A stretch of DNA of 64,000 bases, from NCBI RefSeq assembly GCF_009914755.1, contig NC_060944.1. One strand, 5' to 3'. Position 1 is the stretch's first letter, and every line of letters starts with the position of its first letter. Positions 27,689 to 43,965 of this stretch are shown here, in pieces. The position numbers and the translations under genes are program-made. This DNA is from the human T2T-CHM13v2.0 reference genome, Homo sapiens. The notes under the pieces were generated by a model, which was given only the letters and a program-made list of their open reading frames with translations, was not told the origin of the DNA and searched no databases.

Positions 27689-28229
27689 GTACTTCATCTG
27701 AATAACCATAAGAATGATAGAGCAATGTTTTTTTCACTCAATGTCAATTTAAATTACTTGAACTAAAAAGTGAAATATAGTTTACTTATTCGAGGATACT
27801 CTATAGCAGACAATCTAATGTCTGTGGATGTTATTGAATTACTTCCTTATCGGAGGGCAAGCTGAATTTGTCTGCAGTTATTTTCGTTTATAAGAGTACA
27901 GCATTTATTTTTTCTTAACTGTGCTCGACTTTTTGTTTTGATGGCAAAAAGCATTACTTGGAATGCTGAATTTTAAGTATAGAATTGTGCCCTTCATATT
28001 CTCACATACATAACTTTGCTTTACCACATAGAGACCTGATATGTATACATAGCTTTAATATATATCTTGTGTATTCAGCTTTACCAAATTTGTGAACTTT
28101 TCTTATTTTAAATCTGGTTTTAAAATTTTTGAAGGGGCATTCTAGTGTTGCTTTCTCCCAACAAACCCCAGACTGATGCCTTAAAAATTTGTCTCAAGTT
28201 ACATATAGACCACACTTTCTCAACATTTT

Positions 28230-29189
28230 CTCTTAGATATCTCAGATCTAAGATGTCTGGAACAAGCTCACACTCTTTCTTCCATAAGCCCCCTCCTCTT
28301 CCATTGTTTCTTATCACAATGTATAGTATCAATGAGGAGGTGAAGCCAAAAATCTCGATTTTATACTCTCCCTTGCTACCATAAGCAATTCATTATCACA
28401 GTCTGTCCGTGTTACTCTCGCATCTCCTTCTCTGTATTCATTGACTTGACCCCTGCTGAGCCCAAACTACCATCACTATTCACCTAGACTGTTGCGATAT
28501 CCTTCTAAATGGTCTCTATGTATTTCTTTCAACCCATTTCCTAGACCGCAGTCAGAATGCCGTTTTCAAAATCCAAATCAAGCATATCATTCCTCCACTT
28601 AGTACTCTTCAATGACCGGCCATTGCCTTTGGGATCATGACCAAAATTCTTAACCCAGTCTACCAAGCTTGCATGATCTGGCTCCTGCAGTTCTCTCCTG
28701 GCTCACCTTGTAGCACTCTGTCCCCACTCTCTCTCTCCATTACTCTGCTCCAGACATACTGGCCTTCCTTTCTGGACTATGCCAAGCCCCTTCACCCTCA
28801 GCGCCTTTGTGCCTGCTGTCCCATCTGCTAAGGATGCTCTTCCTCTCCGTTCTTTCTCACCTAGTTAATGCTTATTTCTACTTTTGACTCCTACTCAAAT
28901 GACATTTCCTCATGAAGTCTTCCCCAAGCCCCGGGTTCAGCCCTATCCCTTTGTAGCACTGGCTGCTTTCTTTCACAGCACATATAGCTGTAGATTTTTA
29001 TTCCTGCACTGGGATATGGGCTATGAAGGATATTTTATTAACATTTGTTTCTAATTGTACACTACCAATTCCATGGGGACCTGGATGATGCCTGCTTTAC
29101 TTGACCTTTGTATTCCCAGTGCGTATTGCCAGTAGCGTAAGAGTGTTCACTAAGCATTTATTGCTGGATGAATGAATGAATGAATGAAT
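28230..29189 (+). mobile_element. L2 LINE 3' part with (GAAT)n tail
   Basis: tcacctagactgttgc...tggtctc...ttttcaaaatccaaatc...gcatgatctggctcctgc...gaatgaatgaatgaatg. Confidence 0.85.
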
Positions 29190-32100
29190 GGTGTCGAGAG
29201 GACTGCGGAGAAACATAAGGCTGACTCTGCATCTTATTACCAAGACTGGAAAAAACAATTTAAAGTTCATATCCTACTGTGTTAATAGAACTTTCTGTGT
29301 ATGCAAAGGTCAGTACATTTTAAGATTAAAGTTGATTTTCTATGAACTTACTATATATAGATTGAGGTGTAATTAATAATGTCAGGCTATGGGGCTCTAT
29401 GGACAAGTAATTATTTTCAGATATGTTCTACAGCATTTATTATTGTTACCATCGATAACTGTAATAGCTAGCATTAGTAGCTTGCAAAACCCACTCATAA
29501 ACCTGATTTCATTTACTTTAAATGGATTTAGTGTAAAATTCAATTGGAAACAGTGCTTAAGATATAGATTTGAGGTAAATTTAACTTTACTATAAATATA
29601 CTGAACAAAAGTCTAATTTTTTTCCCTGTGTTTTTAAAGTTTCAATTTTTCTATAATTTCTCAACATGGATTTGTCTTGATAATTTTGCAGCACAGGTCT
29701 GGTTTGGGAAGATCATTGCTTTTCTATTTGTAGCTGAAGTCTCTGCCAGAAAAAAGTATTCATCATGTGTGTAACATGGTATGATTGGCAGTTATATAAT
29801 TGATCAGAGAGAGACTTTTTTTGTCTCATCACTGGATTTCATAAGTTGATGGAACCTTAATGGTTGTGTAGCTGCTACCCATATTTCATTAGTGCATACT
29901 ACATTATGGACACACAGTAAATATTAACTGTGTTAATTCAAATGTAATTTATAATTTAGGAAGTAAATTGATTTCTGTGTCTTTCTGACAAATCCTTTCA
30001 TTTCTTTGAAGTATTGTTTATTTTAGTTTGATGTATAAATACAGCCACATAAACAAGAAAAGGTAACTCTGTCACCTTATGTTTTAATAACTTTGAAATA
30101 ATGAGACATTTATAAGTATGCTGAGATTTTCCTCCAAGTTAATTTTTCATTGTGATTTGTTTTAAATCTTTCTACTAAAAACTATCATATTCAGATTTTG
30201 TATGATGCAAGAATGTGATAATATAAATCGGGACAGATTTTTCTGGAGTAAAATTCAACTGTATATATTGAAATATATAACAGTTGTATACAGTGAATAT
30301 ATATTGAAATGTAACAGTTAATTTAACATTATTTATGATATCTTTTAACATTCTTCCTAACATACATTTCCTCTTTTAGAAATTTACCTAAAGTAAATCG
30401 TTAGAGAAGGGGCCCTTGTAGAATTATAAAAAAAGTTATGAAATACAATAACTTAATACTATTTTATCCTATAAAGATTTCTTATTTGTATAAATATACT
30501 TCTGATGAGATTTTGATTTTGAAGAAATTAAGTCATTTTTCCCTTTGTATCCCAAATCAACTTGATGAAGCCCTTACTTATTAACATTTTAATTTGAGAA
30601 ATCCCAGCACAATCTTACTATTAAAATAATAAGAGATAGTAATTTTGATTGTCATTGTGACCTTTTTAAACAGGAGCTAAAGCACACCAATTGGATAGTT
30701 TATGCAAATTGTAATGTTTTCTTTTAAGAAAGTGCTTAAAATTATGTTTCAAAGGTTTTTATACTCACTTTAATCTTAGCATAGATGATGTTGAGTTCTG
30801 CATTAACGAGGAAAGTATCACCTTAATTATGTAATAGGGTAACATAACATCATTAGATAAAGGCAAAAATAGGCATGGCATTGCCGCTAATGTGTTTAAG
30901 TTTAAAATAATAATTTAGATGTCTTTGTGTGTTTCCTTAGAAGTTGCTCTGAGGAGATAGTATGCTCTGCTTCCTGGCCAGCTTCTGGGGAGGACTGGCT
31001 CTCACATTAAGTATATTAGGTAACAGTACAAAGCACCAGGACACATCTATATAATTGCAGAGACCTTACTTGCTGGGTTAGAATCTCACTTGGGGCCCTG
31101 TTTGTTGATATATTTGCAACAAAAAGCCATTAACTTACAGGGTCAAGGGTTAATGGAAGAAATATTCTTGTCTTCCTATTATCTTGCAACGTTTTGCTGG
31201 GAGCTGAAGAAAGATAACGCTTTTCTCTCCCAGTTTCTCCTGGCAGTTTTAAAAATGGTGACTTCTTGTTTCTGTGACTAAATAAAAGATTAGATGCCAA
31301 TATGGAAAGCTTTAGAATTGTACTCAGTCAAGCTGACAGTTCAGACAAGTGTTCCATCACGACCACCTTTGCTGAGGTCACTGGATGGTACCCAGTCACA
31401 GAAACTAGGAGGAAGGCACCTAAATAATTTCTTGATTTCTGTGACTTCAGTTTTTTTTTTTTCCTGCTCCATTTTAGGTAAGTTAGTCATCTTGCACAAG
31501 AAGGCGAGAAAATTTCATAAAACTTTAAAGGAGAGAACAAAAACTACTGCTAAGTCCAAAAGGAATTCTATGTCTAAAAGAGAGAATTTAGCTAATCAGA
31601 TTGGTGCCCCTCAAATTCCAATTATTTTAGAGTGTATAAAGAGAGTGAAATAAATCCTTGTCCCAAAGAAATTCTTATTCATTAAAACTATGTTGATGAT
31701 TTTAAATGGAATTATGGATTAAATTAGTTTGCCCAGATTTTATGGGTGAAAATCATTGCCTACCAAAGGTTATTTCTGTCATTTTTAAAAATACATTACA
31801 TAGACTAACTGTTTCATTATAACGTATCTGATGAGAGTAGGTTGCCCAATGCAATTTAAGAGTCAGTGGAAGGTCTTTTCTTATATGTAAGCGTTCCACT
31901 GGGAAATTTTTTCCGGAAATTCCACCAATTAGGGGATTCTCCAGGTTAATTAAAATAAGTCCTTTCAGGTTATAATAAAAATATCGCTGAGTACTTTAGG
32001 GAACTTGTGAACTCCTTTCTGTTTGAAGGCCGGAATACCTTTATAATTTCATCCGGAGGTTAGTCGTAGCCATGGGTATAGTTACCACTCCAGAATTGTC

Positions 32101-33009
32101 TTGAATTGAAAAAATCTCAGCCTATTTAATTGTAGTGCTCTGCCAACAAACACAGGTTGTGCTGGTTTGATTTGACACAGCTTGGATGGTGGGTTTGACT
32201 AATTTTCCTAATTAAATCTGCCACAACAGTCAATGCATGTGGACACATATGGTTACAGTCCTCCATTTCACCCATAATTTAGCTTGACAACACACATGTG
32301 AGTTTTCTCTTTACTCAATGTTTATACAAAGGGACTTTTTAGCACATAATTTTCTAATTTTCCTGAAATTCTAACTTCAAAATAATACAAGGGAGAAAAT
32401 GGAATCACAAGTCTGCTTAATTTAAAATGAAGCTGGTGGAAAACTTTTCCCTAATTGGGATATTTGTTTTCTTCCCAAATTAGTTGAGATCATGCTTTAT
32501 AGCAGGTTAGCCAGCATGGCTGATAGGCTGATAAGCCGTTTCCCCTGCGCCCCTCAGCAGTGACAGCGTGCTTCTCTACAGAAAAGCTACTCTGTGTCTT
32601 TGCAAAATGACCCAAGCCTCAGTCCCTTAAGTCCGTGGACCATAATCATTAGACCAATTTGTCCACTTAGCATCTCATGTAGTCAAAGGGCAGATTTTGT
32701 ATATTCATTTGTGCAGACTTTGTATATTCATACACCTGTTAAAGATTTCAGCGTTAATGTTTTTCCCCAGAGATTTTTTTAAGACCTTCTTCTGTAATCT
32801 GTTTATTTTACATATTCTCACACCAGGAGTTTTTTATACAGTAATAGCTACAATGGCAATATATATTGACCTTCTGCTAAGGCATGTTTCTAAAATATCT
32901 CTCATCAGAAAAACCAAGCATATTTGGAGTTTCCAGGGAGAGTTTTATGTATGCTCACCAGTAACCTAGTCAACTGTGCAGACTGCTGCTATATGGTGGT
33001 TACTGTTTT

Positions 33010-33090
33010 GGCTTCATCTGTGGTGCTAGGGTGACTGAACTTGATGATCTCTAATAGCCATTCCAACTGGACACCTCTACTGTTCTATGA
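33010..33090 (+). mobile_element. MIR3/MIR-like 3' fragment
   Basis: gaacttgatgatctctaatagccattccaact...ttctatga. Confidence 0.5.
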
Positions 33091-34062
33091 AAAAGGAAAG
33101 TGAAAGGCAAAAGCAGAAATGCAGGCAATTGATTAACACCGAGCATCACTGTACTTTCCTTTCACGGCTTCCAGTCCTATTTTTCTGATTGTTTTCGTTT
33201 TGACTTTCCAAAAGATGAAATTGTAGAAACCTCTCTCTTAAGTTTCATCCAGAAAAGGTACAGGGGGTCAATATCAGTGACTTTGAGGACTTCAACATAA
33301 TTAATTCTAGAAACATCAGGAACATAGCAGAATTTAATTATATATGTCTTTATCAAATTACAGAACTTGAGTGTGGCTGGCAAGGGCATCTCGGCCCGTC
33401 ATCAAATGTGATGTCGCATGTGCTGAACTGAGTGGTGTGCCTGCAGAAGAAGCCTGAGACAGCATGCCTGAGTTTCTTTTTAATGCATGATCATATGAGC
33501 ACCTGCTCTACTGTGCAAACTGTTTCTAACCATAGAAGGCAGGAATCTAGTTCACTAGTGGGAGAATTCTGAGGTAAAAATTGGAGTGAAGAAACTTGGA
33601 TATGGTTTTCACATGCTTCTGAACATCTTTACATTAATTGAGTTTTTCTTTTATGGCTAAACGCTTTTATTAAAGGAAGACTTAAAGATCTAGAATGACT
33701 TGTCATTGTTAAATTTTCCCTTCTGCTATATAGTTTCAGAAGGAAGTTCAGAAGCATTAAAACTGTCCCTCTTCTTAGCACACACTGTTGATACATGTGC
33801 TTACACATTCAGTCACACATACGCAATTATTTCTTTTAATTTAGACATATCTAGTGTACATGCTGAGTGTGCCTATAAGTGTTAATTATAACAATATTTT
33901 TGAAATAAAAATATATAATATGCATACCTTCTATGAAGTAAATAATGATGAGGCAAAATAATAATTGTTCCATCTGATATCTTCGTAAATTTGTATTACA
34001 AATGATTATCTCTCGTGTGTCTCTGTCTTTGGATCTCATTTCTTTGTATTTCTCTTAACAAG

Positions 34063-34072
34063 CACACACATA

Positions 34073-34104
<32 letters not shown>
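34063..34104. repeat. (CA)n microsatellite
   Basis: Directly visible. Confidence 0.93.
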
Positions 34105-34788
34105 TCCTTGGTGATTTCAAAAGAAATAATTGGTTTTACAGTTTGTATCTGCAAAAGATTTTTTTTTCAGTTAGAATATCTCATTTTTAATGATAGTATT
34201 AGAGATATGCCTACCATTGGCATTCTACTATGATTCAATTTTTTATTAGTCATCTTTCACCCGTTGCTTAACGTCAATGGCTCTTTCATTCTTAGACCCT
34301 GAGTTGAAATGAATTTTTACATATACTCAATATGGTTTGGGGCCCACCAGTTCCCACTACAGTGGTGCTCCCCATCACTCACATACAATTTTATTTAAGA
34401 CAAAACAGCAGCTCCAGCAGAAAATAAGTGTAATCTTCTCCTTTGTAAGTTGTAATTGAGGTTATGGCACAGCATATTGCCTGTGGCAGAATCTATTACC
34501 AAGAAGTGGAGACCATGATTTGAAGCTGGCTGCAGTGTAAGCAAAATGAATTAATTATCAGCAGTACAGAATTGAAGGGAAATACAGGGTTTCCTAAAGT
34601 GAAATATATTGGCATTTTTAAATAGAGAACACTCACTGCAAGGAACTTATTGATGAATCACCAAGTCTTTTCTACTTTTCTTGCCTTTCAGAATTTGTAT
34701 ATACTCAGGTTAAGATGACTATGTGTAAATTAAATCACACTTTGCTCAGAATGCATAGAAATATTTTATAGTATATTTTGTTCTTTTT

Positions 34789-35090
<302 letters not shown>

Positions 35091-36156
35091 TAATTTAAAG
35101 TTTGCCTATTTTTAACATATAACTGTTACTGTCACTTGGACAGGTAAATGGGCAAATAATGAATGGACTAAATTAGCTTCAGTATTATTCTTTAATAGAA
35201 AAATAACTCTCTCCTTATCAAGTGTGGCTCAAAGAAGGCAAAATGGAACGTTTTTTGAGAGTTTATAAACATTTATAATTTTACGTCATAAGTTGTGAAC
35301 TTTAGTGACCATAACTTTTCTTGGTAATTATTTAGCAAAATTGAGTATCTTCATAGCAGCAAGATAATTAGCTTATTTGTATTTCTTTATGTGTGGTTTT
35401 CCATTTAATTTAAATTTCATTCAGTTGACTAACAATGATTTTTCACTTTTAAATATCACCATTCAAAAACCAAATACAATTACATTTTGCCAAATTTATT
35501 TTTAATTTTTTTTTCTAGGAATAGGTCGTTATTTGGCTGTTTTTATTTTTCTGTTTTTAGATAATTGTTTCATATAATTGTAATGAAACTGTTTGCTTTT
35601 AAGCTTCATTTAGATTCTTTTGTGAAAGGATGCTCTGTCTCTACTGGGTATTTTCTAGCAGTTGTGCACATTGACTTTTCTTTAAGTTGTAGAGGATCTG
35701 AGCAGATGGTTTTCTCAGCATCTAGACAAATAGCGTACATGGTTCAAGGTCACTCCATGCAACCTGCCTATGATAAATTGGGAATCCAGAATTTGTCTCA
35801 TTTACAAATGTCCAACAACATAGGTCCATGGAAAACAGTGAAGTGCCAAAGAAAAAGATCAGCCTCCTGGGAAGGAGGAGACCCATGGAAAATCCCCCTA
35901 GTTTCAGAGGCTTTCATGTGAGAGGGCTGTACTGACCTGTGGTGGGGTCTTCTGATAGTGCTTCTCCCTTCTACCTGCCGTTCAGATGCTCTGAACTGAT
36001 GACCTCCATGGAAACTACAATTACCAGGAAAGCCTCCTGTTGCCGTGGTCACTAGTGACTGTGCCCATGCTAATCTTTCCCAATTTCCTTTCCAGTTGTT
36101 TTCTAGGGATTTCTGTCTTTGATAGAATGTAAGAGAAGAGATGAAGAGGTGTCCAG

Positions 36157-36177
36157 GTGTGTGTGTGTGTGTGCTTT

Positions 36178-36212
<35 letters not shown>

Positions 36213-36224
36213 CAGAGAGAGAGA
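36157..36224. repeat. Compound (TG)n(AG)n microsatellite
   Basis: Directly visible. Confidence 0.93.
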
Positions 36225-36334
36225 AATGTTGATGATGGGTAGTGAGGTAAATTCTGGTGCCTCAACAATGAGTTTCTACACAGAAAACCACAGTTATTAA
36301 GTTGATGTCTGTGGAGCTCTATGAAGTCTTTATG

Positions 36335-36445
36335 TGAGCTTCAGTGGGTCCGTGGATCCTCTAATATTTTGTGTGCATGCATATATGCCTTTTTAGGGGA
36401 GAGAGTTCATTGCTTCTACCAGATTCTCAAAGGGAAATATGAAAT
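36335..36445. mobile_element. hAT-Charlie-type DNA transposon fragment
   Basis: gcttcagtgggtccgtgg...ttttagggggagagagttcattgcttctaccagattctcaaaggg. Confidence 0.5.
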
Positions 36446-36869
36446 TTCTCCCAAGAAAATCCTACCTCCTGTGGTATAATGGTTGCCCAAAATGTTGGTT
36501 GCTGGATGCTTTCTACTTCCTTAAGGAAAAGTTAAGACGTTTTGTACCTACTTTCAGGCAGTCCTGGCATGTATGGGCCATGGATTGAACATTAGAATTC
36601 AGTTTAATTGATCTTACATTTAGAGAAATTTTTCCCTAGCCTCTGGCAATGATTTGGCTGTTATCCTTTTTACTTATTTTCTTTTTTACCTCTATTTTTC
36701 CCCAGTTTTGTATTTAGGACCAGGAGAAGACAGTTCTATGAGTAACCAGCTAGACACCATATTAAAAGTAGTCTGTTCATATTAAATATTGATCACATGA
36801 ATGATTGTAATAATCATACATGCTTAAAGCTGTATGTGCATTAACCAAACCTGTGTAAAAATTTAGCGA

Positions 36870-36985
36870 AGCTCTGAAAGGTTAAAGAATTTGCCAAAAA
36901 AGACACAGCTGGGGAGTAACAGAGCCAGGGTTCAAATCTAGGTCTCTGATTTTAAACTCCATGTTCTCAACACTATGCTATTATG
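36870..36985 (-). mobile_element. MIR SINE
   Basis: aggttaaagaatttgcc...acacagct...cagagccagggttcaaatctaggtct...tctcaacactatgcta. Confidence 0.7.
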
Positions 36986-37194
36986 CCAGCCATAGTGGGT
37001 GAACAAAGCCCACCAGTTTTCACACTCTATCCATACGTCTAACAAGACTCATCTTCCGAACATTTTTTTTTCCTCTCCTGGCTTTTAAGAGCAATGGCTT
37101 AGCTAGAAAAAAGTGAACCCTAGCAAGTGTTTGCTACCCAGTTCACAAAGGTAAGAATTTCAGGTTGTCTGTTAGGTTTAGGTTTTCATAGATA

Positions 37195-37380
37195 GTCAGA
37201 TCCTGACCACTTTCTCTTGTGTGACCTCAGACACATAATCTGGCATCTCTTTGCTTCTGTTCCTTTGTGTCTAAAGTGGGGTCATTGTGAAGATTCGATG
37301 AGTTTATACAGATAAAGCATTAAAAATAGTGCCTGGTACATAGTAAGCACTCACTAAAAGATAGCTGTCATTATTAGTTA
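37195..37380 (+). mobile_element. MIR SINE
   Basis: tgtgtgacctc...gtgaagatt...atagtgcctggtacatagtaagcactca. Confidence 0.75.
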
Positions 37381-38777
37381 TAACTTAGTTGGAAGGTCTT
37401 ATTTCCTGAGGGCATCTGGTACGTCTTTGGATAAATGTGGCCATGAAAATGACAGTGACTCGAAGAGGGCCGAATAGGATCAGCTCAGATCTGGAGCTCC
37501 CAGTGAGACCAATGTAGAAGGCAGGTGATTTCTGCATTTCCAACTGAGGTACCCGGTTGATCTCACTGGGACTGGTTAGACAGTGGGTGCAGCCCATGGA
37601 GGGCGACCAGAAGCAGGGTGGGGCGTTGCCTCACTGAAGAAGCACAAGGGGTTGGGGAACTCTCTCCTCTAGCCAAGGGAAGTCTTGAGGGACGGTGCTA
37701 TCCAGCCCAGATACTATGCTTTTCCCATAGTCTTCACAACCCACAGACCAGGAGATTACCTCAGGTGCCTATACCACCAGGGCCCTGGGTTTCAAGCCCT
37801 AAACTGGGCGGCTGTTTGGGCACACATCAAGCTAGCTGCAGGAATTTTCTTTTTGTACCCCACTGGCACCTGGAATGCCAGTGAGACTGAACCATTCACT
37901 CCCCTGGAAAGGGGGCTGAAGCCAGGGAGCCAAGTGGTCTTGCTCAGTGGATCCCACCCCCACGGAGACCAGCAAGCTAATATCCACTGGCTTGAAATTC
38001 TTGCTGCCAGCACAATAGTCTGAAGTTGACCTGGGATGCTCGAGCTTGGTGGGGGAGGGGCATCCATCATTACTGAGGCTTGAGTAGGCGGTTTTCCCCT
38101 TCACACTGTAAACAAAGCTGCTGGGAAGTTCGAACTGGGCAGGGCCCACCGCAGCACTGCATAGCTGCTGTAGCCAGACTGCCTCTCTAGATTTCTCCTC
38201 TCTGGGCAGGGCATCTCTGAAATAAAGGCAGCAGCCCCAGCCAGGGGCTTATAGATAAAACTCTCATCTCCCTGGGACAGAGCACCTGGGAGAAGGAGTG
38301 GCTGTAGGCACAGCTTTAGCAGACTTAAACGTTCCTTCCTGCCTGCTCTGAAGAGAGTAGCAGATCTCCCAGCACAGTGCTGGAGCTCTGCCAAGGGACA
38401 GACTGCCTCCTCAAGTGTGTCCCTGTCCCCTGTGCCTCCCAACGGGGAGACACCTCCCAGCAGGGGTTGACAGACACCTCACACAGGAGAGCTCTGGCTG
38501 GCGTCTAGCAGGTGCCCCTCTGGGACAAAGCTTCCAGAGGAAGGAGCAGGCAGCAATCTTTACTGTTCTGCAGCCTCTGCTGGTAATATCCAGGCAAAGA
38601 AGGCCTGGAGTCTAACCCAAAAAACTCCAGAAGACCTACAGAAGAGGGGCCTGACTGTTAGAAGGAAACTAACAAACAGAAAGCAATATCATCAACATCA
38701 ACAAAAAGGATGACCATGCAAAAACTCCATCCAAAGGTCACCAACAGCAAAGGCCAAAGGTAGATAAACCCACGAAG

Positions 38778-39793
38778 ATGAGGAAAAACGAGTGCCAAAA
38801 GGTGAAAATTCCAAAAACCACAATGCCTCTTCTCCTCCAAAGGATCAGAACTCCTTGCCAATAAGGGAACAAAGCTGGATGGAAAATGAATTTGACAAAT
38901 TGACAGAAGTAGGCTTCAGAAGGTGAGTAATAACAAATTCCTCTGAGCTAAAGGAGCATGTCCTAACCCAATGGAAGGAAGCTAAGAACCTTGATAAAAG
39001 GTTAGAGGAACGGCTAAGTAGAATAACCAGTGTAGAGAAGAACATAAATGACCTGATGGAGATGAAAAACACAGCACAAGAACTTTGTGAAGCATACACA
39101 AGTATCAATAGCTGAATCAATAAAGCAGAAGAAAGGATATCAGAGATTGAAGATCAACTTAATGAAATAAAGTGTGAAGACAAGATTAGAGAAAAAAACA
39201 ATGAGAAAAAATGAACAAATCCTCTAAGAAATATGGAACTATCTGAAAAGACCAAACCTACGATTGATTGGTGTACCTGAAAGTGATGGGGAGAATGGAA
39301 CCAAGTTGGAAAACACACTTCAGGATATTATCCAGGAGAACTTCCCCAACCGAGCAAGACAGGCCAACATTCAAATTCAGGAAATACAGAGAACATTGCA
39401 AAGATACTCCTCAAGAAGAGTAACATAATTGTCAGATTCACCAAGGTTGAAATGAAGGAAAAAATGTTAAGGGCAGCCAGAGAGAAAGGTCGGGTTACCC
39501 ACAAAGGGAAGCCCATCAGACTAACAGTGGATCTCTCAGCAGAAACTCTACAATACAGAAGAGAGTGGGGGTTGATATTCAAAATTTTTAAAGAAAATAA
39601 TTTTCAACCCAGAATTTTATATCCAGCCAAACTAAGCTTCATAAGTGAAGAAGAAATAAAATCCTTTACAGACAAGCACATGCTGAGGGATTTTGTCACC
39701 ACCAGACCTGCCTTACAAGAGCTCCTGAAGGAAGCACTAAATATGGAAAGGAAAAACCAGTACCAGCCACTGCAAAAACAACCCAAAATGTAA
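38778..39793 (+). pseudogene. L1 ORF1p remnant (disrupted)
   Basis: C-terminal ORF 39452-39793 MKEKMLRAAREKGRVTHKGKPIRLTVDLSAETL...; upstream part broken by stops and indels. Confidence 0.9.
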
Positions 39794-39856
39794 AGACTAT
39801 TGACACTATGAAGAAACTGCATAAACTAATGGGCAAAATAACCAGCTAGCATGATA

Positions 39857-43666
<3,810 letters not shown>

Positions 43667-43965
43667 ACAATGGTAACATATGGGCACAGTGAGGGGAACA
43701 TCACACACCAGGGCCTGTTGGGAGGTAGGGGGCAAGGGGAGGAATAGCATTAGGAGAAATACCTAATGTAGGTGACGGGATGCTAGGTGCAGCAAACCAC
43801 CATGGGACATGTATACCTATGTAACAAACCTGCACGTTCTGCACATGTATCCCAGAACTTAAAGTATAATAATAAATAAATAAATATAAAATTACAGTGA
43901 TTCACTAATAATCATATTCTGTGTCTGAAATTCCTTTTCCCCTCCTTTATCTTTCTGCACCCCTA

